DNA of 64,000 nt from Podarcis bocagei (taxonomy: Eukaryota): assembly GCA_964188305.1 (NCBI GenBank), contig OZ076885.1. One strand, 5' to 3'. The notes under the pieces were generated by a model that was given only the letters and a program-made list of their open reading frames with translations, ran no database searches and was not told the DNA's origin. The translations under genes were made by a program, and so were the position numbers. Of this stretch, positions 38,770 to 50,700 are shown one piece after another. Position 1 is the first letter of the stretch. Each line of letters opens with the position of its first letter.

Positions 38770-41700
38770 TCACAGCAGAGAAATGGGTGTATGCAGGTCG
38801 TAGGACAGAAAGCAACTAGTAAAGTTGGCTTCAAGGCATTGTAGGGCTCTCTGCATTGATGTGTTGTTTTCCAGGACATCACCATAGACTGGGTAATTGA
38901 GGCTTTGTAGCTTCCTGCCTAGTGCTGCTATCACCAGCTGAATGTAGCCTTTGCCACGGTGTGCTGGCATGGTGTAAGCATGGGTCAGGCACCCAAATTG
39001 ATCCAGCAGGACCCAAGAGATAGGACATCCTCCAGCATCCAGAAGGCAACTACTAGGGAAGCAGTCGATTAGCCGAGTCAGATAGCAGAGACTCTGCTCA
39101 TTGCCGCCTACACTCCAGGTCTCATTCAGCAGGGCAGCATGAGTGGTGTTGAGGGATGAGAGTTTCAGCTCTGATCCTGACCTGAAGAAGGAAAGAAAGG
39201 TAAGGCCTACCTTCAGAAGTAACACTTAAGGCACGATGAACCAGCCAGCTCCAGCACCCAAGTGTCAAGCTTGAAGTCTGCAGATGGAGCTGGGATGCCC
39301 TGCAACCACCTGAAGGTTAACATGACAAAAGGTGTAACTGAGCCCTCTGTGGCTTTCCTAGATCTACGAGCACATGGTGGTGCTTGTTTGATCTCTAGTC
39401 ATGGAGGATGGGAGGCCCTAGCTAGTGTATTATTTATTAAATTTATTCCCTACCGTTATTAGCGAGGGACCCAGTTTTTATGCTGACTTCCTTACTTGGG
39501 CTACATTTTCCCAAAATTAATTAAGGGGGAATGATGAGTGGCATTGTTAGGAGACTATTAAATGCTACCAATGTTGTTTGTTGCTGTACTTGCTGCAACA
39601 GAGTTAAATCTTGAATATTTAGTACAGGCTTCCTCAAACTTGGTCCTTCAGATGTTTTGAGACTACAATTCCCATCATCCCTGACCACTGGTCCTGCTAG
39701 CTAGGGATCATGGGAGTTGTAGGCCAAAAACATCTGGAGGGCCAAGTTTGAGGAAGCCTGATTTAGTGCCAGCAAAGGTTTAGTACAGAGGAGCTCATTA
39801 CATTGTGTAGCTGCTATTAGCCCAGTGGATTCATAGTAGTATAAACTACAGCTATGCTTTTGGTAAGTTGATCCCACTCTACAGGTGAAATGTTTCAGGA
39901 ATATTAACCCTATGAAAGCACAATCCTTTATTGTAATATTTATCAACAGTGATGTTACATTCTAACCTCACCGCCTGCCCAGTTGAATGTCCTGTCCTCC
40001 CCTTCCCATTTTACAAAGGACTTATCCAGTGGCCCTGATAAACATTACTAAGTATCTGCCTTTTGGAAAGCCTACAAATATGATTTACAGAGATCCACAA
40101 ACATTGGCTTACTAGCCAGCCATTGTTTGTGCTTGCTCCTAATCACCTTGCTTGTGTCCTTGGGCATGTGCAGAGTACCTGGGTAAAAAACAGGGATCAT
40201 CTCTTATTTGAATTATGGAAAAAAATCAGAAACATTGAGGAGTCTTTCTGCTGTTACAACTGCCAAGGTCCTTGTCCTTTCTTCCTGAAAAGATAACTCT
40301 GCCTAGCATAAGAGTCACCTCTTGGCTTTGAGTTTATTTCCTCTTGCACATATTTCCCCCTGTTAGAGGTCTCCAGTGAGTGGGCACCATGCTCTAAATT
40401 ACTAGTGCACTGGCAAATGTCTCCTGCCTTCCTTGTATTGCTTGCTACCTGCAACCCCTGAGTCATAGAGCGTGACATACGTGGGTGTGGAAGAAGACAA
40501 ATTCAAGGGTTTCTGCACAACAAAAACCTGGGTCCGAGTCACCAGCTTTGCGGAGAAATGCTTGGCAGCTGCTAGGTTTTGAGATGTCTGATACACACCA
40601 TCCTGCAGACCTGGGTGTGGAAAATGGTGAGGGGATTATTGAGGTGCTCAGAGGAGAGGGGCAGAAGTCGCAGAAACATAGACCACAACTCTATATGATT
40701 ATGGGAAAGGTAAAACGGTGATCACCTCAAGTAAACCTTGCTCTGACTAGCGAAGAGGATTTCAGCAGCACCAAAACTAAGATTTTCTTCCACAGATGCA
40801 GAACAGGTAACAATAACACTTCTCTAAATGCATATGCCAATGCTGAAACAGTTTAGAAAAGTACACACACACTCTTAAAACTTGTGCATACAATATTCCT
40901 TTTTTAAGAATTCTAAATTGGTAGCACTGGCACATGCACAGAACTTTGGGTGTTCAGGTGTCTTACCCTGAAGTAAGAATTCTTGTTTCCAATCAATGGC
41001 ATCAGAATCTTTCACCAATTTCTCATAGGCATCTAGGTCCTTATAGAAAACTGCACAAGATTGGGTAAAATAGTTCATTTCTGAAGGCACTTTCTAGGCA
41101 AAAACAAGCAGGAAAGATGGGAAGAGGTCATTCCTTTGCACACACTAGCCCACCTAGGAGTCTTCGTCTAAAGAGCAGGCTTAAGAAGCTTTAAAATGGG
41201 TGGATAAGTTTTTTTTTTTTTAAATCATAGCAAACCCTCTGCAAGACATAGGCAACCACAGAAAGCACACATTCGATTGCTCATTGATCAGTGGCAAACG
41301 CCCCTCTTCAGATGATGGAGGTGCAATTTGCCTCCAGCCTCAGTTGATCAATCTCATCATTTTTTAATTTCTCCCCTCTTTTTGCTCCTGCTTCCAATAT
41401 CGGGGAGGTCTTTGATCTGATCAGGCCTCTGGGTTGGGTGTTTGCCACCCTTGCTTTAAACCAATTAAATGTTACTATGCAAAATATGTGCAGTTTTTCT
41501 GTTTTAGGGGGCCCAAATGACACCCCCCCCCACTAGCATGTCTGATGTAGAGAACAGCATTTCCCTAGCATTCAGCTGACAGTATTTCACTGCCAGGAAA
41601 ATATGCCCCAGCTCGTACCTCATTTATGAGTGCGTTGTGGAAAGTACTTGTGCAAAGGAGTTAGGCACCTGTTGGGGTGTTGTTGGCACCCTGGCAACAG

Positions 41701-44700
41701 AGAATTTCCTGCACCAATGCTCCATCTCCCAATCCCATCTTCCCCACTATGACTCTTTGTATGTGGCTGTACTCTCCCTTGGGTAAACATGTGCATCATC
41801 CCCCTTTAAAAATAATGGGGCAGACATGTTGCTGCTCCAGCAACAGTGCACAACACCGCTACACTATGAGAGCATAAGTACAAGTTATCAAGCTATAGCA
41901 CTAAATTGAGATTAAGGCTAACATGCAACATTATTGCTAATTGCTTCACTTTCTGCCAGACTGGGCAGGGGATTATGGCTTTGCCTGCCTCTACCTTCTC
42001 TGTTCCCACTGGTAGTGCTTTCTTCGTCCTCACAATTCAAGCCCTTTGCTGATGCTACTCACAGAACCAAGACAAACATCCCTCTCTTGGATGTCCCATC
42101 ACAGCAGTACCTCTCTCTGGAGCCGTGCAATGACCACCTGGAAGCTGGGCCAGGAATCTACCAGTATCTCCTGATGGAAAGCGTTGCCGTGACACACGTT
42201 CAGCACAGCCCCATGGACCTGGTGGGACAAGAGGGAGGAGGCACGGCAGGGTCAGCTATCTTGACGTAACAGAAACAGCAGCATTAAAAGAATTCAGAGT
42301 TTGTAGGGCAGCAGTTGAAGAAGGAGCAAAAAGGGTTTTCTGGTGTGTGTGTGTTTCTTGTGGCTGATTAGCTCTTTTCCCTGTGTAAAGGTCAGAGGGG
42401 GCAGGGTTTCTGTTGAGGCAGGGGATTAGCTGTGGGAGGAGCTTATCAGAGTTTGTAGGGCAGCAGTTGAAGAAGGAGCAAAAAGGGTTTTCTGGTGTGT
42501 GTGTGTTTCTTGTGGCTGATTAGCTCTTTTCCCTGTGTAAAGGTCAGAGGGGGCAGGGTTTCTGTTGAGGCAGGGGATTAGCTGTGGGAGGAGCTTATCA
42601 GAGTTTGTAGGGCAGCAGTTGAAGAAGGAGCAAAAAGGGTTTTCTTGTGTGTGTGTGTTTCTTGTGGCTGATTAGCTGTTTTCTCTGTGTAAAGGTCAGA
42701 GGGGGCAGGGTTTCTGTTGAGGCAGGGGATTAGCTGTGGGAGGAGCTTATCAGAGTTTGTAGGGCAGCAGTTGAAGAAGGAGCAAAAAGGGTTTTCTGGT
42801 GTGTGTGTGTTTCTTGTGGCTGATTAGCTCTTTTCCCTGTGTAAAGGTCAGAGGGGGCAGGGTTTCTGTTGAGGCAGGGGATTAGCTGTGGGAGGAGCTT
42901 ATCAGAGTTTGTAGGGCAGCAGTTGAAGAAGGAGCAAAAAGGGTTTTCTTGTGTGTGTGTGTTTCTTGTGGCTGATTAGCTCTTTTCCCTGTGTAAAGGT
43001 CAGAGGGGGCAGGGTTTCTGTTGAGGCAGGGGATTAGCTGTGGGAGGAGCTTATCAGAGTTTGTAGGGCAGCAGTTGAAGAAGGAGCAAAAAGGGTTTTC
43101 TGGTGTGTGTGTGTTTCTTGTGGCTGATTAGCTCTTTTCCCTGTGTAAAGGTCAGAGGGGGCAGGGTTTCTGTTGAGGCAGGGGATTAGCTGTGGGAGGA
43201 GCTTATCAGAGTTTGTAGGGCAGCAGTTGAAGAAGGAGCAAAAAGGGTTTTCTTGTGTGTGTGTGTTTCTTGTGGCTGATTAGCTCTTTTCCCTGTGTAA
43301 AGGTCAGAGGGGGCAGGGTTTCTGTTGAGGCAGGGGATTAGCTGTGGGAGGAGCTTATCAGAGTTTGTAGGGCAGCAGTTGAAGAAGGAGCAAAAAGGGT
43401 TTTCTGGTGTGTGTGTGTTTCTTGTGGCTGATTAGCTCTTTTCCCTGTGTAAAGGTCAGAGGGGGCAGGGTTTCTGTTGAGGCAGGGGATTAGCTGTGGG
43501 AGGAGCTTATCAGAGTTTGTAGGGCAGCAGTTGAAGAAGGAGCAAAAAGGGTTTTCTGGTGTGTGTGTGTTTCTTGTGGCTGATTAGCTCTTTTCCCTGT
43601 GTAAAGGTCAGAGGGGGCAGGGTTTCTGTTGAGGCAGGGGATTAGCTGTGGGAGGAGCTTATCAGAGTTTGTAGGGCAGCAGTTGAAGAAGGAGCAAAAA
43701 GGGTTTTCTGGTGTGTGTGTGTTTCTTGTGGCTGATTAGCTCTTTTCCCTGTGTAAAGGTCAGAGGGGGCAGGGTTTCTGTTGAGGCAGGGGATTAGCTG
43801 TGGGAGGAGCTTATCAGAGTTTGTAGGGCAGCAGTTGAAGAAGGAGCAAAAAGGGTTTTCTGGTGTGTGTGTGTTTCTTGTGGCTGATTAGCTCTTTTCC
43901 CTGTGTAAAGGTCAGAGGGGGCAGGGTTTCTGTTGAGGCAGGGGATTAGCTGTGGGAGGAGCTTATCAGAGTTTGTAGGGCAGCAGTTGAAGAAGGAGCA
44001 AAAAGGGTTTTCGGGTGTGTGTGTGTTTCTTGTGGCTGATTAGCTCTTTTCCCTGTGTAAAGGTCAGAGGGGGCAGGGTTTCTGTTGAGGCAGGGGATTA
44101 GCTGTGGGAGGAGCTTATCAGAGTTTGTAGGGCAGCAGTTGAAGAAGGAGCAAAAAGGGTTTTCTGGTGTGTGTGTGTTTCTTGTGGCTGATTAGCTCTT
44201 TTCCCTGTGTAAAGGTCAGAGGGGGCAGGGTTTCTGTTGAGGCAGGGGATTAGCTGTGGGAGGAGCTTATCAGAGTTTGTAGGGCAGCAGTTGAAGAAGG
44301 AGCAAAAAGGGTTTTCTGGTGTGTGTGTGTTTCTTGTGGCTGATTAGCTCTTTTCCCTGTGTAAAGGTCAGAGGGGGCAGGGTTTCTGTTGAGGCAGGGG
44401 ATTAGCTGTGGGAGGAGCTTATCAGAGTTTGTAGGGCAGCAGTTGAAGAAGGAGCAAAAAGGGTTTTCTGGTGTGTGTGTGTTTCTTGTGGCTGATTAGC
44501 TCTTTTCCCTGTGTAAAGGTCAGAGGGGGCAGGGTTTCTGTTGAGGCAGGGGATTAGCTGTGGGAGGAGCTTATCAGAGTTTGTAGGGCAGCAGTTGAAG
44601 AAGGAGCAAAAAGGGTTTTCTGGTGTGTGTGTGTTTCTTGTGGCTGATTAGCTCTTTTCCCTGTGTAAAGGTCAGAGGGGGCAGGGTTTCTGTTGAGGCA

Positions 44701-47700
44701 GGGGATTAGCTGTGGGAGGAGCTTATCAGAGTTTGTAGGGCAGCAGTTGAAGAAGGAGCAAAAAGGGTTTTCTGGTGTGTGTGTGTTTCTTGTGGCTGAT
44801 TAGCTCTTTTCCCTGTGTAAAGGTCAGAGGGGGCAGGGTTTCTGTTGAGGCAGGGGATTAGCTGTGGGAGGAGCTTATCAGAGTTTGTAGGGCAGCAGTT
44901 GAAGAAGGAGCAAAAAGGGTTTTCTGGTGTGTGTGTGTTTCTTGTGGCTGATTAGCTCTTTTCCCTGTGTAAAGGTCAGAGGGGGCAGGGTTTCTGTTGA
45001 GGCAGGGGATTAGCTGTGGGAGGAGCTTATCAGAGTTTGTAGGGCAGCAGTTGAAGAAGGAGCAAAAAGGGTTTTCTGGTGTGTGTGTGTTTCTTGTGGC
45101 TGATTAGCTCTTTTCCCTGTGTAAAGGTCAGAGGGGGCAGGGTTTCTGTTGAGGCAGGGGATTAGCTGTGGGAGGAGCTTATCAGAGTTTGTAGGGCAGC
45201 AGTTGAAGAAGGAGCAAAAAGGGTTTTCTGGTGTGTGTGTGTTTCTTGTGGCTGATTAGCTCTTTTCCCTGTGTAAAGGTCAGAGGGGGCAGGGTTTCTG
45301 TTGAGGCAGGGGATTAGCTGTGGGAGGAGCTTATCAGAGTTTGTAGGGCAGCAGTTGAAGAAGGAGCAAAAAGGGTTTTCGGGTGTGTGTGTGTTTCTTG
45401 TGGCTGATTAGCTCTTTTCCCTGTGTAAAGGTCAGAGGGGGCAGGGTTTCTGTTGAGGCAGGGGATTAGCTGTGGGAGGAGCTTATCAGAGTTTGTAGGG
45501 CAGCAGTTGAAGAAGGAGCAAAAAGGGTTTTCTGGTGTGTGTGTGTTTCTTGTGGCTGATTAGCTCTTTTCCCTGTGTAAAGGTCAGAGGGGGCAGGGTT
45601 TCTGTTGAGGCAGGGGATTAGCTGTGGGAGGAGCTTATCAGAGTTTGTAGGGCAGCAGTTGAAGAAGGAGCAAAAAGGGTTTTCTGGTGTGTGTGTGTTT
45701 CTTGTGGCTGATTAGCTCTTTTCCCTGTGTAAAGGTCAGAGGGGGCAGGGTTTCTGTTGAGGCAGGGGATTAGCTGTGGGAGGAGCTTATCAGAGTTTGT
45801 AGGGCAGCAGTTGAAGAAGGAGCAAAAAGGGTTTTCTGGTGTGTGTGTGTTTCTTGTGGCTGATTAGCTCTTTTCCCTGTGTAAAGGTCAGAGGGGGCAG
45901 GGTTTCTGTTGAGGCAGGGGATTAGCTGTGGGAGGAGCTTATCAGAGTTTGTAGGGCAGCAGTTGAAGAAGGAGCAAAAAGGGTTTTCTGGTGTGTGTGT
46001 GTTTCTTGTGGCTGATTAGCTCTTTTCCCTGTGTAAAGGTCAGAGGGGGCAGGGTTTCTGTTGAGGCAGGGGATTAGCTGTGGGAGGAGCTTATCAGAGT
46101 TTGTAGGGCAGCAGTTGAAGAAGGAGCAAAAAGGGTTTTCTGGTGTGTGTGTGTTTCTTGTGGCTGATTAGCTCTTTTCCCTGTGTAAAGGTCAGAGGGG
46201 GCAGGGTTTCTGTTGAGGCAGGGGATTAGCTGTGGGAGGAGCTTATCAGAGTTTGTAGGGCAGCAGTTGAAGAAGGAGCAAAAAGGGTTTTCTGGTGTGT
46301 GTGTGTTTCTTGTGGCTGATTAGCTCTTTTCCCTGTGTAAAGGTCAGAGGGGGCAGGGTTTCTGTTGAGGCAGGGGATTAGCTGTGGGAGGAGCTTATCA
46401 GAGTTTGTAGGGCAGCAGTTGAAGAAGGAGCAAAAAGGGTTTTCTGGTGTGTGTGTGTTTCTTGTGGCTGATTAGCTCTTTTCCCTGTGTAAAGGTCAGA
46501 GGGGGCAGGGTTTCTGTTGAGGCAGGGGATTAGCTGTGGGAGGAGCTTATCAGAGTTTGTAGGGCAGCAGTTGAAGAAGGAGCAAAAAGGGTTTTCTGGT
46601 GTGTGTGTGTTTCTTGTGGCTGATTAGCTCTTTTCCCTGTGTAAAGGTCAGAGGGGGCAGGGTTTCTGTTGAGGCAGGGGATTAGCTGTGGGAGGAGCTT
46701 ATCAGAGTTTGTAGGGCAGCGGCGCGCGCCTAGCGGCGCGCGCAGTTATATCCATCTTTTAGATTTAGGGGAGCTAGTCTCAAACGTTTGTTGGGGGAGA
46801 CCTAGGTTTTTTTTGTGTGTGTGTGTGTGGGCGAAGTTATTTGTCCTGTCTTCAAGCTTTTTATGATGGAGGACCTCTGTAGCCACCCCCAACAACACGA
46901 TCTCAAGATGGAAGGGGAGGGAACAGCTGCAGTCGCCTGCGATTCCTGCGCAATGTTTGCCATCTTGCCAAAGGTTGCAGGCAGCTTCACCTGCAGCAAT
47001 TGCATGTTGATTGCCCTTTTAAAAGACAAAGTCCAGCAACTGGAGGAACGTGTAGCTACGCTCCAAAGAATTAGAGAGCTGGAGCTCTTCTTGGAAGCAA
47101 CAGAGCACACCGTCCCCACCAAGGAGGAGACAGGGGACTCCCCTGAGAAGGAGGCTAGTTCATCAACACAGGAGCCAGATATATGGAGAAACGTGACTCA
47201 AAGAAGTAGGAGGCCCAGGGTTCACTCTGATTGTTTAGAAATACACAATCGCTTTGAGGTCCTCTCCCCTAGCATGGAAGACGAAGAGCAGACTCCATTT
47301 GAGGATCTCTCCCTCATTACAGTCGATCAGGTATATGAAGACGAGCAGCAAAGTCAGTCCTCAGGGAATGTGCAGGCGACCTTGGAACGGACAGCTCACG
47401 GAAGAACCCCGACCAAACCCAAGAGGAGGCGTGTAGTGGTGATAGGGGATTCCCTACTGAGGGGAACAGAAGCAGTGATCTGTGGGCCTGACAAGATGTC
47501 TCGGGAAGTGTGCTGTCTCCCCGGGGCTAAGATCCAAGATGTAACTGAACGACTGCAAGGAATCATAAAACCCACTGACAAATACCCCTTCCTCTTGGTT
47601 CATGTGGGAACCAATGACACTGCAAGCAATAGCCTCCAGAAGATCAAAAGAGACTACGAGGCTCTCGGCAGGAAATTGAAGCAACTAAATGCACAAATTG

Positions 47701-50700
47701 TCATCTCGTCTGTCCTCCCAGTTGAACGACGTGGCCCAGGGAGAGAGGGGAAAATAGTGGAAGTGAACAGCTGGCTTCGCAAATGGTGTAAACAGGAACG
47801 GTTTGGATTCTTAGATCACGGACTGCAGTTTCTTGAAGATGGACTTCTGGCAAGTGATGGGCTGCACCTCACAACGGTTGGGAGGAATGTTTTTGCCAAA
47901 AATCTCAGAAACCTCATCAGGAGGGCTTTAAACTGACTAATGTGGGGGAGGGAGACAGTGCTCCTGAAGGTAGGAGTCTATCAATTAATGAAGATGATCA
48001 TCCAAATGTCATAGACCAAATGGAGCAAACAGCACACGGACCTAGTGGTGGGAGGAAAAAATCCTTAAATAAGAGACACGGGGGAATGATTAATGGACTT
48101 CAATGTCTGTACACTAATGCGCAAAGCATGGGAAATAAACAAGATGAGCTTGAGCTCTTGGTACAGCAAACTAAATATGACATAATAGGCATCACTGAAA
48201 CCTGGTGGGATAAGTCCCACGATTGGAATGTAATAATGGGGGGATACAATCTATTTCAGAGAAACAGACCAGACAAGAAAGGAGGAGGAGTGGCGTTATA
48301 TGTCAGGGATGTGTATACCTGTGAAGAGATCCAAGATTTAGAACCTCAAAGCCAATGTGAGAGCATTTGGGTCAAAATTAAGGGAGAGAAGAATAACAGA
48401 GACCTCATTGTGGGAGTTTACTATAGATCCCCAAGCCAAACGGAGGACATAGATGATGCCTTCCTGGAACAGATGGCCAAGCATGCAAAAGGAAGGGAGA
48501 TAGTAGTAATGGGGGACTTCAATTACCCGGATATTTGTTGGACGTCAAACTCAGCCAAGAGCATAAGGTCAAACAGATTCCTCACTGGCCTTGCAGACAA
48601 CTTCATTGTCCAGAAAGTGGGAGAAGCAACAAGAGGAACAGCCATTTTAGATCTGGTCCTAACCAATGTTGATGACCTGGTTAGTGGGGTAGAAGTGGAA
48701 GGATCATTAGGCGCGAGTGATCATGCTCTTCTGAAGTTTACTATACAGCGGAAAGGAGCAGCCAAGCATACTAGGACTCAATTTCTTGACTTTAAGAAAG
48801 CCGACTTCATAAAACTTAGGGAAGTGCTGGGTGAGATCCCATGGACAGCAATACTAAAAGGAAAGGGAGTTCATGATGGCTGGGAGTTTGTTAAGAGGGA
48901 GATAGTAAAAGCACAACGTCAGGCAATACCAATGAGACGGAAACATGGAAGGTGCCTAAAGAAGCCAGGGTGGCTATCTAAAGAACTTTTAACTGAATTA
49001 AGATTAAAAAAGGATGTGTACAAAAAATGGAAAAGGGGGAAACCACCAAAGAGGAATTCAAACAAATAGCCAGAACGTGTAGACACAAAGTCAGAAAAGC
49101 TAAAGCACAGAATGAACTCAGGCTTGCTAGAGAGGTTAAAAGCAACAAAAAAGGCTTTTATGGGTATGTTCGTAGCAAAAGGAAGAACAAAGAAACAGTG
49201 GGGTCACTCAGAGGAGAAGATGGTGAAATGCAAACAGGGGACACAGAAAGGGCTGAACTCCTCAATGCCTTCTTTGCCTCAGTCTTCTCCGATAAAGAAA
49301 ACAATGCCCGACCTGAAGAATTTGGAGCAAATGATTCAGCAAAGGAAACACAGCCCAGAATAACTAAGGAGACAGTACAAGAATATTTGGCTAGTTTAGA
49401 TGTATTCAAGTCTCCAGGGCCAGATGAACTGCATCCAAGAGTATTAAAAGAACTGGCAGATGTGATCTCAGAACCACTGGCAGTCATCTTCGAGAAATCC
49501 TGGAGAACAGGCGAAGTCCCGGCAGACTGGAGGAGGGCAAATGTTGTCCCTATTTTCAAAAAGGGGAAAAGAGAGGACCCAAATAATTACCGCCCAGTCA
49601 GTCTGACATCAATAGCAGGGAAGATTCTGGAGCAGATCATTAAGCAAACAGTCTGTGAGCACCTAGAAAGGAATGCTGTGATCACCGATAGTCAGCATGG
49701 ATTTCTGAAAAATAAGTCATGTCAGACTAACCTGATCTCATTTTTTGACAGAATTACAAGCCTGGTAGATGAAGGGAACTCAGTGGATATAGCCTATCTT
49801 GATTTCAGCAAGGCATTTGACAAGGTGCCCCATGATATTCTTGTAAAGAAGCTGGTAAAATGCGGTCTTGACTCTGCTACCACTCAGTGGATTTGTAACT
49901 GGCTGACTGACCGAACCCAAAGGGTGCTCATCAATGGTTCCTCTTCATCCTGGAGAAGAGTGACTAGTGGGGTGCCACAGGGTTCTGTCTTGGGCCCGGT
50001 CTTATTTAACATCTTTATCAACGACTTGGATGATGGACTCAAGGGCATCCTGATCAAATTTGCAGATGACACCAAACTGGGAGGGGTGGCTAACACCCCA
50101 GAGGACAGGATCACACTTCAAAACGACCTTGACAGATTAGAGAACTGGGCAAAAACAAACAAGATGAATTTTAACAGGGAGAAATGTAAAGTATTGCACT
50201 TGGGCAAAAAAAATGAGAGGCACAAATACAAGATGGGTGACACCTGGCTTGAGAGCAGTACATGTGAAAAGGATCTAGGAGTCTTGGTTGACCACAAACT
50301 TGACATGAGCCAACAGTGTGACACGGCAGCTAAAAAAGCCAATGCAATCCTGGGCTGCATCAATAGGAGTATAGCATCTAGATCAAGGGAAGTAATAGTG
50401 CCACTGTATTCTGCTCTGGTCAGACCACACCTGGAGTACTGTGTCCAGTTCTGGGCACCACAATTCAAGAAGGACACTGACAAACTGGAACGTGTCCAGA
50501 GGAGGGCAACCAAAATGGTCAAAGGCCTGGAAACGATGCCTTATGAGGAACGGCTAAGGGAGCTGGGCATGTTTAGCCTGGAGAAGAGGAGGTTAAGGGG
50601 TGATATGATAGCCATGTTCAAATATATAAAAGGATGTCACATAGAGGAGGGAGAAAGGTTGTTTTCTGCTGCTCCAGAGAAGCGGACACGGAGCAATGGA

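Noticed and set aside
42294-46720. CRISPR array or coding repeat
   Set aside because: Units are contiguous and near-identical with no unique spacers; the context is eukaryotic; no ATG-initiated ORF.
49021-49045. Programmed -1 ribosomal frameshift in CR1 ORF2
   Set aside because: GGGAAAC is present but not in X_XXY_YYZ register with the upstream frame, and CR1 ORF2 is normally one ORF. A deletion or sequencing error is simpler.
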